A stretch of 37,166 nt of DNA, taken from Stramenopiles sp. TOSAG23-2. Its lineage: Eukaryota. This document shows, piece after piece, positions 10,034-19,500 of the stretch (the first letter of the stretch is position 1; every line of letters begins with the position of its first letter). The stretch is from assembly GCA_900128395.1 (NCBI GenBank), contig LT649330.1, positions 1-37,166 of the forward strand, given 5' to 3'. The notes beneath the pieces are model-generated. The model had not been told where the DNA came from and made no database searches. It saw only the letters and a program-made list of their open reading frames with translations. The translations under genes were made by a program, and so were the position numbers.

Positions 10034-11427
10034 TCACTTCCTCAACCACGCCGGCCACATCCCAAAATATATCGCCGGCATTGGTAATAATTTCTGTTTC
10101 AATCCAAATTCAACCAACGTTTCATCAAATGTTGTTTTAATAATTTCAAATTTTGAACAATCTAACCAAAATATATCGCCGGCATTGGTAATAATTTCTG
10201 TTTCAATCCAAATTCAACCAACGTTTCATCAAATGTTGTTTTAATAATTTCAAATTTTGAACAATCTAATGTTGGAAAACAATGATGTATTAAATGATTT
10301 GGCATTAATTCATATATAAACATATTTCTCCAAAAAATAAAACCATTTCGATTGACTTCTGTATTATAATCAACCGTTGTTGCTACAAGATGTGCTAATA
10401 AATCACGTTTTTGTTCATGTTTTTTACTACCAACTGTCCATGCAAGTTCTGTATGATGTAATGGATATCCCGCATAACTATCAATAGCACCAAATGTTAA
10501 AAACATTACTATAAATAATTTAATACCATTCACCATACCATTAAAATAACATAATATAAATAATTGCAACATATTACTTATATATTCCATTTCAAATGGT
10601 TCAATATTAAGCAATATATTTCTCCATAATAATATAATATCTAATAAATGTCCAGACATACATAATAATGGTCCATAAATAATAACTAAACGTGAATTTG
10701 CTGGTCGATCTACCATATTATATAACCATGGTTCTAATCCAAGTATTTCTAAATCCCAATTTGTATTTGGTTGTGGATGATGTGATATTGCATGACTTAT
10801 TCGATTTCGTTTGATTTTCCATCCACCTAATATAGCAAACCATATATATATTGAATCTTTTTGATGTAAATAATTATGTCCAATACCATGTAATGCTGCA
10901 ATTGTAACTCCTGTGAAACATGCATACATCGATGAATTATAATAAATAGTTAATAAAAAACATATACAATGAAGTGTAAAAACAAACCAACATTGTGATT
11001 TAAACAATGGTGTCGCATTTGTAATTGACGATGAATCGTTTGAAGCATTACGTAATGCTTCCCAACAACGACGTTTTAAAGTACGATAAAATCCATTATC
11101 TTTATAATCAAAATATGATTTATAATCTTTTCCTGCATCTCCAACATAATATTTTTTTAATATATTTGATATTTTTTCTGGTGGAAACATATGATGTGTT
11201 TCCACTAAATCTGTTATATCTTGACCACGTGTTGATGATATCCACCAATTACCACCAGGATGTTTAAATGATTCTAAATCATACCATGCACGATGTACGA
11301 GCCATAGTTTTTTTGTTTTTTCCGGTGGTAATTGTTTTGATAGATTTGCCCCGTTGTTTGAATCATATAATGCTCTTTTTTCTAACCATGGATGTTGATG
11401 GGTGGTATTGTCATTATTAGGGGGCAT
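10034..11427 (-). CDS. Cytochrome b5-fused membrane desaturase-like protein (cytochrome b5-related family); 3' end interrupted by a 104-bp duplication
   Basis: HPGG haem motif (YDLESFKHPGG) and His boxes HGIGHNYLH, SHAISHH, HLIHH. ATG at 11427. As assembled it stops at 10162; collapsing 10062-10165/10166-10269 gives ..AIYFGMWPAWLRK-stop at 10034. Confidence 0.88.
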
Positions 11428-11509
11428 GATTATCTTTGTAATAGTAAGCAACCAAATGTATATATGTTATATAGATCTATCTACAAATACTAAAATATCT
11501 AATATCTAG

Positions 11510-11711
11510 TAAGCAAACCAAAGAAAGAGTAAGCAAACCAAAAAATTAAATATATGTTATATATAAATCTATCTACGAATATCAACTTTCATGTAATATA
11601 TGGCATGCACTAAGCAAACCAAAGAAAGAGTAAGCAAACCAAAAAATTAAATATATGTTATATATAAATCTATCTACGAATATCAACTTTCATGTAATAT
11701 ATGGCATGCAC
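11510..11711. repeat. 101-bp perfect tandem duplication
   Basis: taagcaaaccaaag...tggcatgcac at 11510-11610 and 11611-11711. Confidence 0.95.
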
Positions 11712-12003
11712 ACTACTATATATACTTCACACATAACAACTCCTTCGTTGCTTTTGTCTATCCATGTATTATATCTTCTTTTTCATTATTCAATTTTTTT
11801 TCATTTTTGGGATTGAATTTCTGCTGAGATGTTGATTTAATACCCAGTGCTATGAAGCTGCTATTTTAATATTAATATCGCTATTATATTATACGGTCAA
11901 AAACTCCTCACTCTAACCTTAAAACTACTACTAACTTAAACTTTAAACTTTTTTTTTTTTTTTTATTTATTTATTTATTTATTATTCCAATAAAGAAGAG
12001 GTA

Positions 12004-12322
12004 CAGATGTTTGCAACCAACACCGGACAGTGAGAGAGAGAGACATGCAAGAAAAAAAAAAAAATACTAAATCGGGTTTTAGCATATTAGGATGGAAATA
12101 GCATTAAAATATATAATTTTGACTAAATATTAAATCGGGTTTTAATCATTTTTATGCATACCAGGTAGATTATTGAAATGATTAAAACCCGATTTAATAT
12201 TTAGTCAAAATTATATATTTTAATGCTATTTCTATACTAATATGCTAAAACCCGATTTAGTATTTTTTTTTTTTCTTGCATGTCTCTCTCTCTCACTGTC
12301 CGGTGTTGGTTGCAAACATCTG
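12004..12322. mobile_element. Foldback MITE, 319 bp, TA target duplication (Tc1/mariner-type)
   Basis: TA|CAGATGTTTGCAACC...GGTTGCAAACATCTG|TA. ~148-bp arms with two visible mismatches and a ~24-nt spacer; complementarity stops right after the TA. Confidence 0.75.
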
Positions 12323-12434
12323 TAATATATATATTACAGGTTAGGGAGGAGAGAGAATTGGGAGTGAGAAAAGTTCATATATATAGTATGTATGTGAACA
12401 AAAATAATACAAAATAATTATTAATAATTATTTT

Positions 12435-12654
12435 TTTTAAATTTGATTTAAATAATTTTAACATGCATAAACTACCGAATTTATTCCCATATTTTGAACG
12501 AAAAGAAACGAAAAAATATGTACGTTTAGGTGTTATCCATACCCTTTTAAATTTGATTTAAATAATTTTAACATGCATAAACTACCGAATTTATTCCCAT
12601 ATTTTGAACGAAAAGAAACGAAAAAATATGTACGTTTAGGTGTTATCCATACCC
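12435..12654. repeat. 110-bp tandem duplication covering the start codon of the 2-TM gene
   Basis: ATG CAT AAA CTA CCG.. occurs at 12463 and 12573. Confidence 0.95.
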
Positions 12655-14080
12655 TTTTATATGGAATATTTATGATGTTGTTTTTAATATTATGGATAGT
12701 CATTATTGCACTGCCGGATAACCAAGAAACGTATGATCCACAGACATATCCATCAAGTTATCAGCCAGGTCAATTAATAACAGATGCTGATGTGGTGCCA
12801 CTTCAAACAGTTAAAGATTTATATGAAGATACAAAAAAACGTGAAATGCAATGCATTTGTACAAACCAAGACCCATTGTTTGAAGATTTTGCAACGATTA
12901 ATACAGTACAATATAAATTTTGTAAAAATATTATGAAACGATTTGATTTTGAAAAATGCAAAACATTTGCAGATGTAGATGATGCAGAAACAAATGGTTA
13001 TCTTTGTCCATCAGGATTAGTACAGAATGAATATCACAAATTAGCGAGTGAATTTCTAAGAGACGAGACACATGGTGCATATACATTGGCACATTTTAAA
13101 GAAATTTGTTCTGCTTCATTAGCATTACTAGATGGTTTTAAAACTGGAATCTTAACTGAAACATTAAGTTCACCAACATGGATTCATAAAACACGTTTAG
13201 AATCAATTCTTTCCGCGAAATTTACTTCCACATTAAAACGTTGGAAGCCTATGATGTACGCATCAATGCAACATAGTTTTGGTTTTGGTAGATTTAATAC
13301 ACCGTTTAAAGTGATGAAAATTAAAGAGGATGAATCTGGATTTGAAGAATTGAAAACAACACAACAAGCTGGCCCGAAAGATGAAAAAGAGTTCTATGCA
13401 ATTAGCACTGAAAATAGCGTATTTGGTGAAGATCCAAGTGAACCATATTCATTGTATTAGTACGTAAATTCTATTTTCCATAAACCTGCAAACTCACTAA
13501 CACGTTCACTCTTTCATACGCTATTATATACGCTCCAAACAGTTTTGGTGGAGATAAATATTACGATTTTATGACAAAAGATTTTAAATATATAAAAAGT
13601 TTTGCAAAGGCGCAAATGGATGATACAGCTAAAGGTAGTAGATTATGGAAAAAATTTTGGGAATTTTTCTTACAATTAGCAGAGAATGATCGAGGTTATA
13701 AAAATTTTGGATATGCACAAGCTAGTTTTTTTCTTCAAACTCAGAATACACAAATCAATGAAACAGCATATCATGAAGCATGCCGTCCATCCCATTGCCA
13801 ATATCTTGAAAAAAGTCGAATAAATTTGTATGTAATTGTTGGTGTTATTGTGGGGGTTGCAGGCACAATGAGTGCAATATTAAGACTTGTATGTGAAAAA
13901 TGTGCTCATTTTAGGATTGAAAAAGATATGAAAAATCATCATTTACCAGCTGTAGCATCTGATGCGACGAGTAATATAAATAATAATAACAACAATACAA
14001 CAAATGCTCGCCGTGTGAATAATAGTAGTAAACAAAAAAAAGAATATGAATTACAAGAAAATCCAATGAGACAAAGGTGA
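12573..14080 (+). CDS. Spliced two-TM protein with large Cys-rich loop, ~474 aa (ENaC/DEG/P2X-like topology); exons 12573-13459 and 13543-14080
   Basis: Removing intron 13460-13542 joins the two track ORFs in frame (..YSLYYFGGDKYYDFMTK..). TM1 LGVIHTLLYGIFMMLFLILWIVIIAL; pre-TM2 YHEACRPSHCQY; TM2 LYVIVGVIVGVAGTMSAILRLV. Confidence 0.8.
13460..13542 (+). other. 83-nt spliceosomal intron
   Basis: Donor GTACGT, branch point CACTAAC (13495-13501), acceptor CAG; splicing restores the reading frame. Confidence 0.88.
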
Positions 14081-14216
14081 AAAAAATTATGTTTTTATTT
14101 ATTTACACACCCCGATGGATGTAGTAAACAAAAAAAAGAATATGAATTACAAGAAAATCCAATGAGACAAAGGTGAAAAAAATTATGTTTTTATTTATTT
14201 ACACACCCCGATGGAT
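14025..14216. repeat. 96-bp tandem duplication across the stop codon of the 2-TM gene
   Basis: gtagtaaacaaaaaaaagaatatg...cccgatggat at 14025-14120 and 14121-14216. Confidence 0.95.
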
Positions 14217-14685
14217 GTGTGGTGTGGTATGTTGGTAGTACAGTTGTAGAGAGTCAAAATATTATATGTTTCTGGTGGTATGTGTGCGTGTGTGTATGTA
14301 AAATAAAAAATACACCGAACGCGTAAAACACCAAGAGAGATCTGCTGGACATAATAGTACACGGTGTGAGATGTGTGACGATTTTATAAAAATATCATAC
14401 GGTGTACATATTAAAATTATCATGTACGTCGTATTCGGTATATCAAAACGATATATTTTTAATAAAACGCGTGTATTTGCTATTTGCTAAATACGTATGA
14501 TATATCATATCTTTTATATTCCTCTTCCACTCTCCTGCGTTTTGAACTCCTTTTTTTTCCCTCCTTCTTCAACTTCATCGATTCACGCCACACGACCAAT
14601 CCAAAGCCTCCAAAAATCTAATAAAATTGTAACAAGCATGCAACTACCTAATGTTTTTTTTCCCTCCTTCTTCAACTTCATCGAT

Positions 14686-15600
14686 TCACGCCACACGACC
14701 AATCCAAAGCCTCCAAAAATCTAATAAAATTGTAACAAGCATGCAACTACCTAATGAATCCCATACAACATGTTCTATTGTCCATGCACCTTTTATTGAC
14801 TTAACCTTTCTGTTACTACTTTTAACTCCTTCATCAACTTGTAAAAACTTTGGAAAGCTAACAATGAAATAGATCATGTAAACAACGGAACCAACTAATA
14901 ATGCACGGTCCCTATTTTGAAATTCCCAATAATCAAATCCTTCAATTGTTTTTGTTTCCATAAATGCAGTTGTATATGCTAAAAATCCAATAAATAACAT
15001 GTTTAATCCTATTTTTCCTTTTGAATTACATGATGAATAATACATTGTTCGCCTCATTCTTCGTATGCATACATTTGTAAGACTATGGTAAAAACAAAAA
15101 TATGCATGTGTTGCCATAAACATTGCTATTGGTACATCATTTATCCTATGTGCATCAAACGTATATTTTGCACCTAATAAATTGTAAAAATGATGTGTCC
15201 AATAAAAATTACCAACATATGACAATATCCAAATCCATACATTAGCTTTGATGTAATAACGTTCAAAAAACGGTTTATCGCCTTCCATTCCATAAAAAAA
15301 TGGAATTAAAATGTAAATCAAAGCCATTGGTGTACAAACATATAAATATTCCCAACGTTTAAATTCATGATACATACCAGTTGATACAATAATTGCAAAA
15401 TATAATATCCAACAAGAGGCGAAAGATAAAAATAATATTTCCGTTTCCGTTTTACTTTGATTTGTACCAAACCATAATTGTAAATTATATTGTTTTTGTA
15501 CTTTTATTTTATTTGCAAATAAAGTATTGATGCAGTAATTTCCAACAGCAAAACTAATACTTATCAAAGCAATAATTAGAATTGGTAATGTCGATAACAT
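14686..15600 (-). CDS. CPI1: Cycloeucalenol cycloisomerase (cyclopropyl sterol isomerase), 304 aa
   Basis: Family motifs KANVWIWILSYVGNFYWTHHFYNLLGAKYTF, NDVPIAMFMATHAYFCFYH, AYTTAFMET, VGSVVYMIYFIVSFP, DSLGSCMLVTILLDFWRL. The track's first 37 aa come from a 111-bp duplication (15510-15620/15621-15731); the 3' end is also duplicated (14551-14653/14654-14756). Confidence 0.93.
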   Translation of the reverse strand: MLSTLPILIIALISISFAVGNYCINTLFANKIKVQKQYNLQLWFGTNQSKTETEILFLSFASCWILYFAIIVSTGMYHEFKRWEYLYVCTPMALIYILIPFFYGMEGDKPFFERYYIKANVWIWILSYVGNFYWTHHFYNLLGAKYTFDAHRINDVPIAMFMATHAYFCFYHSLTNVCIRRMRRTMYYSSCNSKGKIGLNMLFIGFLAYTTAFMETKTIEGFDYWEFQNRDRALLVGSVVYMIYFIVSFPKFLQVDEGVKSSNRKVKSIKGAWTIEHVVWDSLGSCMLVTILLDFWRLWIGRVA

Positions 15601-15905
15601 GTTGTTTGTTTTTTTTTTTCTATTTGCAAATAAAGTATTGATGCAGTAATTTCCAACAGCAAAACTAATACTTATCAAAGCAATAATTAGAATTGGTAAT
15701 GTCGATAACATGTTGTTTGTTTTTTTTTTTCAATAAAAATCAAACTAATTATTTTAACCGTAAATTTTAATAATAACAATAATAATAATAATAATCAAGT
15801 GTCTGTAGCTCGCGTTAGGGGTATTTATGCATACATATTATACATCAACCTTCTTCTTTCTATGTTCCTATAATATATATTCCTATACACAGACAATAAA
15901 TACAT

Positions 15906-16077
15906 ATTTAAAATTTTAAATATAAAAAAATTTGAATTATTGTTGAAATTTATTTATTATGTTTTTTTTTTTTTTTTTTTTTTGATGATCTTCAACAGCA
16001 CAACACTATAATAAAAAAACGACTTAAAAAAAAACAGCTATTTAAAATTTTAAAAATAAAAAAATTTGAATTTTTTT

Positions 16078-16119
<42 letters not shown>

Positions 16120-16175
16120 ATGATCTTCAACAGCACAACACTATAATAAAAAAACGACTTAAAAAAAAACAGCTA
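15906..16175. repeat. ~135-bp tandem duplication around a poly-T tract, second copy degraded
   Basis: Both copies end tgatgatcttcaacagcacaacactataat...aaacagcta. The second copy has bases next to the poly-T replaced by T or A. Confidence 0.9.
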
Positions 16176-16572
16176 GCAGGAGAATAGCAAAAGTAAATTT
16201 TCTGTTTGATCAAATATCCGCATAATTTTTTAAACTTTTTTTGCGTAAGATTTCTGTAGCACTTACACAGCAGGTAATTTTATAGGTTTTATAGAGTTTT
16301 ATACAGTTTTATACATTTTTAATCACTTAAATTCCAGTAAAATTTATTAAAATAGTTCCTTTCCTCATATATAACTACATTGCATTGGGCATGTTTAGGT
16401 GGCCTCCACAGGTTACTTTCCTGTAAGACCACTTTCCACCTTTTCGATTACACGTCCCACTTTTGCCAACCACACATGCCAATGATCTACAACTATCAGA
16501 ATTATCCCCAACGTATATTTGGGCATGTGCATTCTCCGCCCCATCCACCAACACGAGGTGCTTTTTCTCGCA

Positions 16573-19500
16573 CTATATTCTTCTTGGACCTCTCCAACGA
16601 CGTCTTGGGCGGGGCCTTGGGCGAGGTCTTGGGCGTGGCCTTGGGCGAGGTCTTGGGCGAGGTCTTGGGCGGGGCCTTGGGCGGGACCTTCGTCTATTTA
16701 TTACCTTTCCAACTTTTTTAAAACGTTTTTTTATTGCCTTTCCAACTTTTTTAAAACGTTTTTTTATTGCCTTTCCAACTTTTTTAAAACGTTTTTTTAT
16801 TGCCTTTCCAACTTTTCTAAAACGTTTTTTTCTTGCCTTTTTTGCTTTTTTAAAACGTTTTTTTCTTGCCTTAGCATATCTTTTTCTTGCCGGCTTTTTT
16901 GGTGCAATGTAATAGGCTGGCTTAGGACTGGCTTTACACCAAGGTTTGATCGTGTCTTTGGTAGAAGAATCTATGCAACGTGTTAGATCAAAGGGTTCTC
17001 CAGTTTTAGTAACAATTGTATTTCCATTTTCACATTTGATAAAAGCGGTTTCCCACACTGGACCTGGTGCCCATATCCAATTTTTGTAACCGTTTACATC
17101 AAATTGATTCTTACCCGTCGTAGACGCCTTGAACATATGCCAACAACCATTTTTTTGCTGTCCACATGCCACACACTTTCGATTTTCATTACATTTATTT
17201 GTTACTTTATTTATATCATCGTGGCAACCACCTTCACCAAGATATTCTAATTTAACCTTCGGAGCATTTTCGTTCCAATTTGTTATATATTTAAAACTGC
17301 TAGGGTTATTAACTACTGCCTCTCGTACTACCTCTGGGCGTGGCCTTGGGCGGGACCTTCGTCTATTTATTACCTTTCCAACTTTTCTAAAACGTTTTTT
17401 TATTGCCTTTCCAACTTTTCTAAAACGTTTTTTTATTGCCTTTCCAACTTTTCTAAAACGTTTTTTTATTGCCTTTCCAACTTTTCTAAAACGTTTTTTT
17501 ATTGCCTTTCCAACTTTTCTAAAACGTTTTTTTATTGCCTTTCCAACTTTTCTAAAACGTTTTTTTATTGCCTTTCCAACTTTTCTAAAACGTTTTTTTC
17601 TTGCCTTTTTTGCTTTTTTTCTTGCCTTTTTTGCTTTTTTTAATGCTTTTTTTAAACGTTTTTTTCTCCCCCTCCTTCTTCCCCACTGAACTTTTATCCT
17701 CTCATTCCCCTGTCTCCGAGATGCCAAAAGTGATCTTCGCCCTCTCGGAACTAACTCTGATTTACTTTTCTTCAATAAAAACCACCAACAACCGTTACTT
17801 TGCTTTGCAATTGCTTCACATTCAGGATTTGAACTGCATTTAGCTTTTGCTATGTTAATATCATTTGAGCAAACACCCTTGGCAGCAATAGGTTCGAAGT
17901 TTATCCTTGTGGGATCCTTTACCACGTCATCCCACCATAAAGCACTCCCAACAGCAGTTAGACTCGACCCGCTGGTTTGTAACATATTAATGCCCGCGAT
18001 AAAACTTTCCGTAATCTCTATTGCTCCGGATGTTGTCTTGCATTTTGCAGCCGCAAATGTACTGCATCTTTGTATTTTGTCTGGAACAAATTTGTTCCAA
18101 AATTTTAATAATTCATCATTATTCAAAGATTGTAAAATTGCTATGTTTTTAAAAGCTTTCTTACTCAATTCTACAATGATTGTATTACGAATAGAATCTT
18201 TATTCATTCTTGAAACTTCAGCGCTTGTCCTAATTGCATTTTTTACCAATAAGTCTTCTAACGATAGTTTTACTTGTTCATATTTTTGACCGTCGGAGTT
18301 ACGACCAACACGCACCTCGCTAATATAAGAGCCCCAATCATTTTCATCTGCTTCTTCTTCTCCCCCTCTTTCGTTATTTATACTTTTGAAAGAAAACCCC
18401 GTCGTTCTTTTTTCCTCCGCCTGTTCTAATTTATCTAACTCGTCTTTGGCCCTGTTCAATTCAACTTCTGCTTCAGAACGGCGAGCTACCGCTTCTTCGC
18501 GACTATGTTCATCAATCGCTCCTTCAACTTCGTCATCAAATTTATCAACTTGTTCCTGTAAGCGTTCAATTTCGTCCTCCATTTTAACAAGCTTCCGATT
18601 ATATTTTTCACCTTCGACAATAGCTTGTTTCTTCTCTCGTTTTAATTTTGCCCTTTCTTTAACTTGTCGTTTAATCTCCAGCGCAATTTCAACACCTGCT
18701 TTTGCCATGTCGATTATTTGTCCAACTCCAGGTATAAATGTAGCTGCTTCTAAAGCTTTGCTAGCCAGATCTTTCAAACCTTTTTTTATACATTGAGCTT
18801 TCGATTTTTTTTTTCCAGTTTTAGGATCTTTCTCTTTTAAACATTTTAACAGCGGTCCAAGTCCAGGCATAGCGTCTGCCCACGCTGCCATTGCTTTGTT
18901 CATACACTTCCCAACACTGCCTTTACACGTTAGTAAAGTTGTAAGGAATGCATACCCTGGCAACATTTTAAGAAAGCTATGTGTAAATTTCCCAATGGCT
19001 TTTAATCCCTTTACAACCCATTTTCCAAATTTTTTTAATCCCTTTCCAATTGCCTTAAAACCTTTTTTAATCGCTCTGCCCATCTTCTTTATACCTTTCT
19101 TCATTGCATTTCCAGCTTTTTTCAAACCTTTTTTCATACTTCTTCCAGCTTTTTTCAAACCTTTTTTCATCTTTTTGCGCGCCTTCTTACCAAAAAGAAG
19201 GCGCCTTGATCGCTTCGGTACTTCCTCGTCTTCCTCTCCTTCATCACCTCCTCGTTTCGAAAATAAAGCCCTTGATCCATAACCCTTCCTCTGTTCATAT
19301 CCACGAGATGACAAAAGTGATCTTCTGCCCATGTTGGATGTTGCGTTAAGCATTTCAGTATTGTTATAAATTCCGTATCTCTGGCGATATTCTATAGTCC
19401 TTACGCGTATCAACTCCTTCAGTGCTACTTTATATATTGGGTAAAACTGTTCGTTTTGCATAATTTCTACGCCTAATTTGACACTCGTGTTCTTTTCGTC

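Noticed and set aside
15601-15711. Duplicated N-terminal peptide of CPI1 as a real domain repeat
   Set aside because: An exact 111-bp duplication that includes upstream non-coding poly-A sequence; same pattern as the other suspected artefacts.
17368-17600. 33-bp repeats as a CRISPR array
   Set aside because: Head-to-tail with no spacers, in frame within a CDS, eukaryotic context and no cas genes.
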